Below, one piece after another: positions 51,294 through 63,682 of a DNA stretch of 64,000 bases. The notes below the pieces were generated by a model. That model was not told the DNA's origin, searched no databases, and worked only from the letters and a program-made list of their open reading frames with translations. Origin of the DNA: Lingula anatina (lineage: Eukaryota; Animalia; Brachiopoda). A program made the position numbers and the translations under genes. Position 1 is the first letter of the stretch, and each line of letters begins with the position of its first letter. Location of the stretch: the NCBI GenBank assembly GCA_051362555.1, contig CM120640.1, positions 33,561,967 to 33,625,966 on the forward strand. The letters are read 5' to 3'.

Positions 51294-54200
51294 ATGTCCC
51301 GAAGAAGCAGTGGAGGTGGTGGAGATGGGGATTGGATGTGTCCTGATCCAAAGTACGTCATTATTCTTGTGTTTTATATTGTTGACCTGGAGCAAAACAT
51401 TTAAGTATTGCGTGCTTGAGATTAATAGGATTGCAAACTTTGTATAGTTGTTATTTATTCGAACTTACCGGGGCCCCAAAACTTGGCAATGAAACAACAG
51501 AAACATTGCTGCAGGTAAAACACAAAACAGACTCAGACTATAAACAGAATTGTTGCGTTTTCCAGTGCAAGCTCAGAAGCCCAGTGTCCATGTTCTGCAT
51601 GCTATGCGTGATAATTTTTTTTTTTTTTTTTTTTTTTTTTGCAAATATACCTGCACCTAAATTTGTCTTCTTTAGCTTCGTCTCAAAGAGTCAAAATATT
51701 TAGATTTTTTATTGTATGAGTGGTTTCTGAGCATGCCATGTTTTTGGACATTTATGGTAGAAGAAGAGTGACATATTTTTTTTCAATTTAAAAGGGTTTT
51801 CAATGTTTAGCTAGTTCTAAGATTGAGGGGGTTTTGTAGAACATGCACTTACTCGGTAATAAAAATGAAAATGAAGAGGCTCATTCTATAACCATTTCAG
51901 TGCAGAAAGCTGTCCTAACTTTCAACATGTTCCCAGATACAAAACAATTGTCATTGACAACATTAATGTCTGAGATCTACAATTATCTAATTGTGTGATT
52001 TTAGGTGTGGTAATGTTAATTTTGCAAGACGATCCCAGTGCAACAGATGTGGAAAAGGTAAGGCAGATCAATCACATTGAAATTTGAATTGATGCTTTTA
52101 TTTTATTTGAAATATTTCAAAATATTTGCAAAATAAGCAATGTTGTTTTTATATATATTTCATCTTGTATTTATTTGCATAATTTGCAATATTGAATCTA
52201 GTCAAATTGTTCTATTTTTTGTTTCATTTTCAAAGCTCATTCTGGGATGTGGAAATATTCTAGTTGTTTTGTACAGCTAATTTGTTTTATATAAATTCAA
52301 TTGGTTGATATAGTTTTGTTACATTTAATATTTATTTCTAGAAACCCCTCACATTTTACATATTTGCTGTTTTGTTTTTGTGCATTGTAACTATTATATA
52401 TTTTTTTCATGAAAGTTTGCTATTATTTCATTCCAGACAAACAAGAAATGACCAGCATTAAGAAGGGTGGAATAGAAATTGGAAAGAATTTAGCAGAGAA
52501 GAGCAAAGGCTTGTTTAGTGCTGATGATTGGCAGTGTAAACAGTTCGTAGCTTTTCATATTTATGATGTAATAACTTAAATTCTCCAGTTTTTCTAATCA
52601 TTATTGTGAATTTGAAAATAATATATAATTGTACTGTTTATAATTTTTCCCATTTAGGTGAGGTCATTAGAGTTTTCAAAATTGGAAGCATCATGTTTTT
52701 TTTATTTAATTATCTGTTAACTTAACAAATCCTGAAAGTAATTTCTGCCTTTGTTTTTTTAAATTTTTTTGAAAATCTAAAATGCTTTGTAAATTGCCAG
52801 ATGTGGAAATGTAAATTGGGCGAGGAGAAGTCACTGCAACCTGTGCAACCAACCCAAAATTGGGAAAGTGGAAGAGAGAACAGGTGAGAAGTATACAATA
52901 CTGTGTAAGGGCCACACAGACTAGCCTTTCTCTGAGGAAATTCTGATTCGCAATGTTCAGGGTTAAGTTTCAGGTTAAAATTTTTTCGTAAATTTTCATT
53001 TTAAGTGTCATGTTCTTTCCAAAATGCAAAGAGGGAGAAAAAGAGAAACAATGGGAATGTATCATTGTAGGTTTTAAGCGTTTATCGGTTTTATCAATCT
53101 TAGGATTTGGAGGTGGCTACATGGAAAGAGAAGAAGTTGTGGAATACAAGGATCGCAATGACTCTGATGAAGAATATGATGAGGTAGGAACTTCTGGTAT
53201 TTTCTTAGACATTTTATTTCACTTTTGTTTTTTGTTTATTGTTTTTGTTCTCATACGCATTCACACATTAGTTTTTGTTCTCATACGTATTCACACATTA
53301 AATCTTGAGTATGCCTTAAACTGTGATGGGTTTTATATATACATTATGATGTCCTTGTTTAACATTACCACTTTTAGAATATAATATAAGTGTTTCCATT
53401 TTTCAGTTTGGGAGAAAGAAGAAAAAATTCAGGGGCCAGCTTCCCCCTGTAATTAGTGTGGTAGAGGAAACAGCCCAAGAAGAAGAAGACGATGATGATG
53501 ACGATGATGATGTTGATGAATCCAAGTATCGACTAGATTCAGATGAGGTACATAGATTAACAAATATACTTTCTAATGCATAACTAAGTATATTTATGTG
53601 TTGTCCAATTTTAATACATTTTTACATATAGTAATCAGTTGGGAAGTTTTTTTTATTGCTGTCCAGGGTTTTCAGATTGCAAAGTTCATTTTTCATTATT
53701 ATCACTGATATGTTGTTGTTCTCTTCCAGGATGAAGAAGGTGGAGACCTATCTAAATACGACTTAAGTGGTGGCAGTGATGATGAGAATGATAAAAAGGA
53801 CGGAAAAGAGAAGAAATCACGATCAAGGTCACATTCTTCTAGGTCAAGGTCATCAAGATCCAGCTCTTCTTCCTCATCCAGGTCTAGGTCAAGGTCAAGC
53901 TCCAAATCAAAATCAAGGTCAAGATCCAGATCAAGATCCCGCAATCGCAAAAGCAGGGACAGAAAACGCAGCTATTCCCGTTCTAGGTCCAGGTATATTG
54001 GGTATATGGGTAAAGGTAGTCAAGGTCAATATCAGTTTTCTTACGATTTTCATTGTCTGTGTGCTGATATTTGGATGGGTTTGGAGCCTGTACAAGCAAG
54101 TACATTCAGTATTTACAGGGGCTTATTGTGTTATAAATGATTTTGTATTTGTTATAGTTTGAAAAATAAATTAAGTCATAGAGTTTAATATAGTTAGATA

Positions 54201-54689
54201 TCATATAATTACCTGCACATAGGGGAAACTATATTTGTTCTCAGCTTGTTAGAACATGAACTTCTATACGCTAATATGTTGACACCATTGTTACTTTGAA
54301 TGACTATTATCCAAGCCACTTGATTATATTTTCTCAGGTCAAGTTCACGATCGGACCGTAAATCAAAATATAGAAGACATACAAGGAGTAGGTCTCGATC
54401 TCGGTCAAGGTCTCCAAGATCCCGTTCCAGAAGCAGACATAGACACTCCAGCGGGTCAAGGTTTGATTTGTTGGGGATAGCAAAATTGGGGTCATGATGA
54501 TTGGAATAACCTAGATACAGCCTACATACAGTACCTTGCTCAGTGGAAATGTTTCTCTGTCATGCATAAAGTATCATTAAAAATATTTTTTCATCTTAGC
54601 CGAGTTATAATAGTCTTTACATGACAGATAGGAAGTGAGTGTCTTATCAGAGATGTGTACTATTTCTTTTTTGTTTTTTCAGGCATTAA
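51294..54689 (+). CDS. ZRANB2: Zinc finger Ran-binding domain-containing protein 2 (splicing factor), 9 exons, about 304 aa
   Basis: Exons 51294-51352, 52005-52057, 52437-52542, 52801-52883, 53104-53183, 53407-53547, 53730-53992, 54338-54460, 54683-54689 (915 nt in frame). Two RanBP2 fingers ([46 protein letters not shown]), EERTGFGGG, EYDEFGRKKKK, acidic region and RS domain. Confidence 0.96.
53241..53300. repeat. 30-bp tandem duplication in ZRANB2 intron 5
   Basis: gtttttgttctcatacg(c/t)attcacacatta twice, one mismatch. Confidence 0.9.
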
Positions 54690-57601
54690 GCCGTGCAGGC
54701 TTCAAGATATAGCAAGTCTCAGTCAGTGTGCACCAAAGTTACCAGTTAACAGTTGTTTGCAAGGTTACTGGTATAAAGAGATTTCTGGGTTATTATCGCA
54801 GATGCCCTGGCATAATTATGCAAAGAAATATTGTGTCAGTGTTTCTTGCAGCTCTTAACATCAATCATAAGAATCCTTAGAATTTTTCTATTTTCCTCAT
54901 TCTTTTTATTGACACCTAGGATCTACCAAACGTAGCTCTTAGTTGGCACGGAAATGGAAGGGGAGGGGGGAGAGTTTAAAGGAAATATAGAAAACAATAT
55001 TTGTAAAATTTCTGAAGAAGTAATGTAAAAGTTGTTATCAACTTATTGATAGTTAACTGTTTGTCTCGTTTTATTTGTGTAGGTTGTAGTAGATGTATAG
55101 AGATATCAAGAATTCATTCTTGATCTCATTTTATTCATCATTGTCAGCTTGTGCATAAGCCAGCTCATGTATGGTTTTGTATGTAATTTTGTGGTTTGTG
55201 CATGCATTTAATGTACTTGAGTGGATTTAGAAAATGATGTTGTAAGTATTCAATCCCAAAATGAATTTGTTCTAATGTTGTTAGTTTTCAATCCCAAAAT
55301 GAATTTCTGTAGAACAACGTTCTACTCTTTACATAAAGTGATGTAATGTTCTTTGCTAATGGCTTGAATCAATGCACAGGTTGGATTATATCATCAAATG
55401 TTGTGATTCATATATTTACGATAGAAATTCTAAGGCTGATAAAGTTGCTTAACATCATTTGGTGACTGTAGGGAGGTTTTAAAACACTGAAAACAAAGAT
55501 GACAGTATAAATCTTGTGGATTAAAAAAACATTGAACTTCAGATTTTGATAACTCAAAAGTTATTCATTAAGACTTGGTGGAATTTCATTTTTAATACCA
55601 CGTGATATTGCCTTTTGCACTTAAAAAGTTTTGACTTGATTGCTTTTGCAACCTCATTTTTGCATCCTTATCTAAAACCAGATTTTACAGGTTTAACCCA
55701 TAGGAATTTTATACAAGTGCATAGTGCTTTCAATCTCTTTCTGTTTTTTTGTCTTTAGCTCTTCCAGAAATATGTCCTCCCAAACTAAGTGACATGCCCC
55801 CCACCATGTATATGCTTTGCTACTTATTAGTAAGCCCCAATGTTGAAAATTGAATTACAGGCAGTAAATATGATTGAGTTTCCTTTTGAATTCGGATAAA
55901 AAAAATTTGGTCAAGTTATTGTTAAAGATAGTTGTCTATCCTAATTGAAAATACAATTGTCAACATACAGAGGCAGAAGCCTAGAAGTTCATCATCTTGT
56001 GACTTTGAAATGCAAAATTTAGACATTGAATATTTACACTCACCTCAAGATTAATTACCCACTTCTTGATATGTACAAAATACAATATTGCCTAGTTACA
56101 GTGGATTGTTTTTGAGAAATTGAAATTCCAAATTTAGAATATTTTAAATCTATCAAGAATATGCAAAGCAGCATTTATAACAACTATTGGCACTTGTGAT
56201 AGTCTTTCGTGTTTAACATAACAGGTAAGTATGAAGACAAAATTTGGATTTCTTTCCAACAGCTTTGGGTCATGTTTAGCTCCACCACTGCATCTGGAAC
56301 TTGCATTTTTAAAAATCTAATTCTGTTTAAGAAAAGCTATAGGTTGGAGAAGACAATGATGACAATGTACTAAATGGTGGGTTGCAATTGTGAGATGACC
56401 AAGGGAATGAAAAAATACAGCCACTGCACCAAATTTATATTTTAGTTCAAGAATTACTGAATTTTGGAAGTTTAGCTCTTACACATAAATTCTTGCTTGA
56501 ATTGTTAAAATACATTGCATGGTTGGTTTTTTTTTTTTTTTTTTTGAAATGCTTTACCTGCAAATAAAAAATAAAACCAAACGTATTTTGGGAAAAAAGT
56601 ATTGTTCTGTTTTAGTAGCAAAAGAAAAAAACTGATAATATAGTAAAAATTGGTAATGATGAAAAAAATAAGAAGTTTAATCATGGATCCTGCCACAAAG
56701 CACACATTATCACCTGATGCAAAGTAATTTTGTCGAACTATTTGGGATGTAGTTTCCCTCTTAACATTTTGAATCATGTTGGCATGCTTGTAGAATCTAC
56801 AGCTTGGGCACACAATTCATGTAATGTTTATTTTGAAAGAACTGGATTCTTACAATCTAAAATATTTAGCTTTTTGAGCCGACTTGTGCTTCTGTAAAAA
56901 AATTTTTTTTAAGTAATGGAAATTTTTTTCGAGATTACAACTAAAAGCATGCATGTAAAGATTAATGATGCATATGAAGTCAATTCTTTGCCACAAAAAC
57001 CAAACAAATGCCAACATATTTCCAAATAGTTTAACTAAGAGAATTACCAAGAGATATTGTTTAAAATTATCCAAAAAATGATATTTAAACAGATTTTTAT
57101 GCTAGCTTCCTATGCTGTCTATACATGGGGCAGAAAAGTAGGTCACATAAAAAGGTAAAATTTCTGACCAAAAATTTTAAGAATGGGATTGTCAAAATCT
57201 CTTTTATGGCTGGTCGATTGATTTATAGTTTTCCCTTGCCATATCGACTTTATTTGAGTTGTAAAGAAACTAGTAGAAGTTTATACGTGTTACTGGGAAT
57301 GACCTCTCAATTGTGTTTCATTGCTTGAAATGTCATATCCCTTTAAAAATTTATTTTAATTATAAAATTTAAAAAAACTGTAGAGTTATTTGGTCATAAC
57401 CCTTTCCTACAGAGAGCAAAAATACTTTCAAAGCATGCCAAAAAATCAACTGAGCCATTCTAAAGACATACTTGTGTATGAAATACTCCTCTCTGATTGC
57501 ATGCTTAAGAGAGTTGTGAGCCACAACACAAGACGTCATCAAATTTTCACAAAATGTTCTATCCCTGATCAAATTTGATGTTCCATTTCTAAGAACAACC
57601 A

Positions 57602-59807
57602 TTAAGAGTATAATTTAATGATTTCCAAATCTATGTCTTCCATGTAATCTGACCTTAGCACAACAGTGTTTGCTTTGTCATTCTCAGAACTGTTCATAAT
57701 CCTATCTGCTTCATTGCCATTTCCCTTCCTTTTGGTCCTTTGAAATAATGATTTACAATTTATTTTCCTACTGTCCTTTTCTTCCTCTGTGATTGGAGAG
57801 TGTCTCTTCATTAATAGCATTTTACCAGCAGAACCCAAAGGTGGACTTGGATCCTTCAGGCTCTGCATCACAGGGGTCTTTTTCCCATCTGCAAAATAAA
57901 ATTAACATAAAGTCTATTTTAATAAAATCGCGAAAAATACAGTACACCAAAAATGCATCACATCTAAGTTAATTCAATCTCTTTCCCATAATTATTTTTT
58001 CCTTGAAAAATTGTATTATCTTCAGATAAATATCTAAGTTGCTTACAAAATGACTTTAGTTTCATGTCCTTGGGGTTGGTCTTTCTCTTCTTAGCAGGTG
58101 GAAGTAGATTGGACTGTTTCCATGTATTGATCACGTCAGCAGCCCAACCCGTGTTTTCACAATGAAAACTTTCGCTCCTTTGATCAGACCGAACCATCTG
58201 AAGCTGCTCTTTCATCATTAACAGTCCCTTTTTCTGAAAGAAAATTAATTCGTAACAATTCAGTTTTAAAGATAATCAACTGAAACTTTTGATAATTTGG
58301 GGACAACTACAAAAGTGTACTTTCAAACACAGAAATTTTGGCATAGTTTCTACCACTGCTGTTCAAAAATATAGTATTAGTGCAAAGGCAACTGTGCACC
58401 ATCAAATAGCAGTAATGGAGTTATTACAGACTAATTCATGTATTTTAATTACTTTCGCACCAAGAAAGTTAATTTTCACAATCAATGTCTAAATATACTC
58501 ACTGTGGCAGATGTCCCAGTCAAATCCAATATCATCAGACTTGGTAGACTAACCAAATGTTTTATTGATGAATCTGTTATTAGATCATTGTCTGAAAATC
58601 AGAAAACTTACTTTGTCACTTTTGCCTAAATTAAAATTTAATAACTTTAAAGCACTTAAACTGTTACAGTAGTGGTTGTGATAAAACTTATATTATTAAC
58701 AATAGAAAAATCCATCAGTCCAGGTCATGGGTACAAAAGAAAAGGTTACTATGTAAAAGTACCTGTCAGATACAGTACTCTCAGCTTCTGCAACCCTCTT
58801 TTCCAGACGCGGTGTGGGATAGTTAACCTCTGGATACCTTTATCAGACAGTGCATTTGACATCAAGTTCAGTTTCTGTAAACTAAAGACAAAATATGAAA
58901 ATTCTGAAAACTGGACAAGGTAGAGTAATTAATGCACATGGTTAATGACTGCTTTAGATCAAAGATTTTCATTTATAATCACAGCAGACACTTCCTTGTT
59001 ATTTCCTCTATAATGCTCAAACACGGACTGGCAATTCATCTGATACACATTTTACCCTGAAACTTTTCCAGGTTAAAATAGTATTTTTCTTTAGTTTTAA
59101 TACCCTGAAACTCAGAGGACACTCTCCTCTCTACTACATGTGCATTAAACAGCATGCCACTGCTGTCTCCAATATCAAAATTCAGAAGAATGCCAAGAGT
59201 TTAGTTTCCAATGTTTATTGTCCTCTGAAACTAAGGGTAAAACTTACTCGACTAGCTGTGCAATATGCATCAGGATGTCATGCTCGTCGCCAACCCTGCA
59301 CATGCTCAGATCAATTTCACAAAGAGAAGTAAATTTGCACAGATGATCAAAATATTCATCAATCACTTTGCAGCTATCTCTGAGGTTTAAGCATTCCAGT
59401 ATGTTGCCCCCATAGACATTACAAAACAAAGTCAAAGCAGTAAGGCATTCAGCATCAGCTTTTCTAAATATACCAGCTTTGGAGCTGGCCTTGAAAATCC
59501 TCCATCCAATAATGTCGGGGAATCCCCAAAGGGACTCTACTGCTGTAATATTGGTACCGACAAATTCTATACAAATGTTTAAAAGGCTGCAAGGACTGTA
59601 AACGTTAAAACCATCCTTAGTGACTGATTTCTCATAAAAAGTCTGCTTTTGCAACTCAGCAGGATATGGTTCCTTTTGAAGTCTTTTTACAGTGCCTTTT
59701 AACTCTATTCGTATATTTTCGTTCCTTGCTGATACAACATGAAGTTTGCCCTTCTCACTGACGTAAACCAAGTCTGAATTCTCCATCTCCTTTATTGCTA
59801 GTATCAT
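57602..59807 (-). CDS. LRRC42: Leucine-rich repeat-containing protein 42, 5 coding exons, about 413 aa (start could be ATG 59786)
   Basis: Exons 59807-59248, 58881-58763, 58591-58503, 58233-58047 and 57888-57602 (1242 nt in frame). Motifs VYVSEKGKLHVV, SLWGFPDIIG, IDLSMCRVGDEHDIL, NALSDKGIQRLTIPHRVWKRGL, TGWAADVINTW and F|YGK match recalled vertebrate LRRC42. An acceptor at 59841-59842 implies an upstream 5' UTR exon. Confidence 0.9.
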
Positions 59808-59905
59808 AACCTTGCTTGTAAAATCGACAATAGCACATTCCTAAAACAAAGAATATGACATATAATTAGGACAATCAACAGTTCTTGCACCCAGGACTCA
59901 GAAAC

Positions 59906-60079
59906 GGGGCCGTAGCGATAGTCCGAAGGTTCAATAGTCCGAAGGTTCATTGGTCCGAATGTTCACTACAGAACCTTCGGACCAATGAACCCTTGATTAA
60001 AAAACCGATGAAAATGTTACCGTTTTTCGGACCAATGAACCTTCGGACCAATGAACCTTCGGACTATCGAGACGCCCCC
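59906..60079. mobile_element. Non-autonomous DNA transposon (MITE), Mutator-like, 9-bp TSD
   Basis: TSD CTCAGAAAC at 59897-59905 and 60080-60088. Termini ggggccgtagcgatagtccgaagg / ccttcggactatcgagacgccccc. Subterminal 16-bp repeats (gtccgaaggttcattg) are inverted at the two ends. Confidence 0.88.
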
Positions 60080-60254
60080 CTCAGAAACAACTGGATCTTT
60101 TCACTGATGGATAACTGTGAATTTTACTGATACTACATCTTTAATTATATGTAATTTCTTAACACTTGAACATTCCTCTTGAGTGGTACATGTAGCAATT
60201 AATGAGCAGGCCACTCTTTAGTTCTATTATATGCAGTATGCATGCAGCACACAT

Positions 60255-60540
60255 CCCGCACGAAAATGCAGTAGTATCGAAGTAGCAAAGAAGCATTAAC
60301 GCAGTATAGTGGTGTGGAGCATATTTGCAGTAGAAATGCAGTATACCCTACTGCAATTCTACTTCAAAAATTACATAGGGTTGTACAGAGGAGGAGCATT
60401 AATGCAGTAGATTAGCAGCATGATAGAAGCATGTTTCAAATATGCTAATTAGCTCCCAATGCGAAGCAGATTTGAGGCATATTTGCAGTATGATTGCAGT
60501 AGTCTACTGCGCTGGAGCATCTACTGCGTTTTCGTGCGGG
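60255..60540. mobile_element. Non-autonomous DNA transposon with CCC...GGG termini, 20-bp TIR and possible AT 2-bp TSD (EnSpm/CACTA-like)
   Basis: cccgcacgaaaatgcagtag ... ctactgcgttttcgtgcggg (1 mismatch), flanked by AT on both sides; internal tgcagta repeats. Superfamily assignment is inference. Confidence 0.8.
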
Positions 60541-60770
60541 ATGTTATACAGAAATATAATCTTCCTAAATAACATGTATAACAACACTACAGCTGGTAAA
60601 AGTTTTGAAAAATGAACCATTTGCATTACAGCGTAAGGATAAAGAAAAATTGAAGGGGAGCACTAATACAGGGTAAATGAAAATTACAAAGCTTTACTAT
60701 ACTGTAGTATTTTTAATCACACAGACCATGTCTCCTTACAGGGAGATCAGTGTACTGTCCAAGAAAAACA

Positions 60771-61339
60771 GGTACTTTTGTAGTATACCCCCCCACCCTG
60801 TAACTTTCTGTAACTTTCACTTTTCAAACAGTTTTTTACATTTTCTTGTTCATCTATGTCAAAGCTGTTGAAATAAAATGCTTTTGTAATTACCTGTGGA
60901 CTTTTTATTTGTTTTAATCATGTTTAATCCAGCCCATTGAAATACAATGTTAGAATCTTCAATTTACACCCGCAGTCAATAACTTGCCGCGTTTTCGTTG
61001 GCTAACTCTAAGGTAATTTTATGTGAAGAAGTAGCTCATAATAATTTCACAGAGGAAGTCCAAGTATACAATGTATCAATCCTATGTTCACGTAAAATAA
61101 GGTAGAGTTAGCCAACGAAAACGCGGCAAGTTATTGACTGCGGGTACATTGTAAATTTTCACATTGTATTTCAATGGGGTGGATTAAACGTGATTAAAAC
61201 TAATAAAAAGACCACAGGTAATTACAAAAACATTTTTTTCAACAGTTTTGACATAGATGAAAAAGACAATGTAAAAAAATGTTTGAAAAATTAAAGTTTC
61301 AGGAAGTTACAGGGTGGGGGGGTATACTACAAAAGTACC
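60771..61339. mobile_element. Foldback element with ~240-bp imperfect TIRs, ~90-bp spacer and 8-bp TSD
   Basis: 60771-61010 is the reverse complement of 61103-61339 (ggtacttttgtagtatacccc ... gttggctaactcta). TSD GAAAAACA at 60763-60770 and 61340-61347. Confidence 0.9.
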
Positions 61340-61454
61340 GAAAAACATGCATGCATATGACTTTACTTATTCACTGGTAGTATAGGGAACATTTAATTGA
61401 TTGTTACTTACACCAAATAAATTATAAGTGACTGCTAAAACAAATTAGAGGAGC

Positions 61455-61715
61455 ATGAATAGAGTCATTAGTACAAGGAGATGGAAATGTATTGGCCATG
61501 TGCTGAGAAAGGACCCAAGTTTCACCACGAAAGTAGCCGTGCACTGGACACTAGGGGGACACAGAAAAACAGGCAGACCTCAAACCACACAGGGCCGTCG
61601 AAGCAATGCTGAAACAACTAGAAGAAAGCTGGGAAACCATTAAAAACCTAGGTCGTGACAAAGAGCATTGGAAGGTCTCTATTTGTGCCCTAGACGGCAG
61701 CCGGCGTAAAAGGAA
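61455..61715 (+). mobile_element. Degenerate 3' fragment of an RTE-like LINE ORF2
   Basis: RRWKCIGHVLRKD...VHWTLGGHRKTGRPQTT resembles the C-terminal R.W.GH..R...W.P.G.R..GRP motif of RTE-clade reverse transcriptases; frame disrupted afterwards. Confidence 0.7.
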
Positions 61716-62311
61716 TTGATGACAGTGTACTTACACACTTTGTTGATTTTTAATATTGCACAGCAGCAAATACTTGTCGCAGTGCGATTGGTCAGGCGAA
61801 GGACTTTTTTGATTGGTCATACACACGCCTCGCCTTTTCTATTAATTTCTTTTCCTTTCCAAAAAGTATGTGAAATCCTTCTTTTCAGAAACTCACTTGA
61901 GAAACTCTTTTCAGAAAATTTCACTTGGTTATGCTGCAATAAAATGAAAGAATCACGACATGGTATGGCGTTAATTATTTTCTCGAAGAAAAATCGTTTT
62001 GACAGGAAAATCTTGTACAGATAACCACTTGCGTGTAATGGAATTAGTAATAGTAATAAATGCATTTCTGATAAGGATGCTCTTTCAGTATCGAGTTACC
62101 GAGGGCACCAGATACCGGTACAGTACATATTCTACAAGACAGACAGGACATTCCCATGTTCAACAGGCTTTAGAATTCAATATATAACAATACGCCACTT
62201 ACCTGTTATAGATGTCTTTTTTTCGTGCTCTGAAATTATTGGCGAACATTCACTCCTGTTCTGAAAAAGCACCCCAAGTGTTTCATTTGACTGAAGTGTG
62301 TTGGCGTTACT

Positions 62312-62551
62312 AGGGGGTCCCTTGGGGGAGGGGGAGTAGTGATCACAGTTCACAGCAAATAAAATATCAATTCACAAATCACTGGAAGATAAAATTTATT
62401 CACCACCAGTTATTCTTCCATGTAAGAAATGCATTCACGAATCACGGGAATGGGGTGCTTCACGAATCATTCTAAATATAATGAATGTTTCACGCAACAC
62501 GGGAAATAAAAAGTGGCTTCGCTGATAACGAAAGTACCCAATGAGACCCTC
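62312..62551. mobile_element. Probable degenerate MITE with internal TTCAC(G/A)AATCAC repeats
   Basis: Imperfect TIRs agggggtcccttggg / cccaatgagaccctc and several ttcacgaatca-type repeats; no TSD seen. Confidence 0.45.
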
Positions 62552-62565
62552 CTACGAGTCTCTCT

Positions 62566-62574
<9 letters not shown>

Positions 62575-62623
<49 letters not shown>
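62575..62623. repeat. (CT)n(GT)n microsatellite
   Basis: Seen directly in sequence. Confidence 0.9.
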
Positions 62624-62624
<1 letters not shown>

Positions 62625-63153
62625 ATTGCCGATTGAGATTGAGAGATAAATATGACAGAATCGTTTATAGAAAATACATCGCTGAGAATGTAATTAAGCA
62701 CGTCCTGATGAATTTCACCTCCGTGTAAAAGAAAGACAAATCGTTGTACGAATGGTTTTTTTCGCAAAATACTGATCACGTTTACAACGATTTTCATCAA
62801 AGTTCCAATGGCCAACTCTACAACTTAAAATTTTTTTCTCCCTGAATTTCTCACGGGATAAACAAAATTAAGTATTATTTATATCCAAATGAATCTTTGT
62901 GTTTTAGTCCTTGCTTCGATAATGAATGATTGAAATATGGCACATTGATGCCATATAACATAAATAAATCACGAAGATCGCCCCTATGCTCTTTTAAAGC
63001 ACACTGCATGCATTAAAAATTCATATAGCAAATAAGGGAGATGAAAATCGATGAATTTCACTCTTGACGGTGAAAATGAAAATTTACACCTTGATAAACA
63101 GTGTTATAGATCACACGTGCTTTTAAGGAAAATGTTGAAATGTCTAGGAAAAT

Positions 63154-63154
63154 C

Positions 63155-63229
<75 letters not shown>
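63154..63229. repeat. (ATT)n microsatellite, about 25 units
   Basis: Seen directly in sequence; source of the poly-Ile ORFs. Confidence 0.95.
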
Positions 63230-63231
63230 CA

Positions 63232-63651
63232 TCAGTGACGGATTAAGAGGGGGGTCAGGGGGGTCCTGACCCCCCTCTTCGATTTCTAAAAAAAAATCAC
63301 ACCGCTTGAAATTATAATTTTTTAAGCGGCCCCCGGACCCCACTCCAAAGAGGGGGGGGGGGGGGAAGGTCGGCTTCGCATCCACGAACCCATCCTTCAA
63401 ATAATCCTGGATCCGCCCCTGAGTAGGCACCAGTGTTGTGAACCCTTACCACACGTGAAAAACCTGGGTGTCTACATTGACTCCACACTCTCCATGGATA
63501 GACATCAAATATCACTCAACAATGTACATTGTACTATATATTTTAATATCTCAACATCTTAACTATTTATTTTTTGATTTTATTCATCTTATTCTGTTCA
63601 TTTTACCCCTCTAAAGTCTTCTGAAAATTTTATATGTAATTCAAACTATAA

Positions 63652-63682
<31 letters not shown>

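Noticed and set aside
53702-53950. Minus-strand (DL)n ORF
   Set aside because: Antisense of the ZRANB2 RS domain.
57964-58046. Apparent premature stop in LRRC42 exon 4
   Set aside because: A T|GTAAGC donor at 58046 splices to 57888 and restores F-Y-G-K, so the gene is intact.
59915-60070. CRISPR-like short repeats
   Set aside because: Repeats are tandem and inverted without unique spacers, sit within a TSD-flanked MITE, and there are no cas genes.
63051-63430. Poly-Ile ORFs on both strands
   Set aside because: Translation of an (ATT)n microsatellite.
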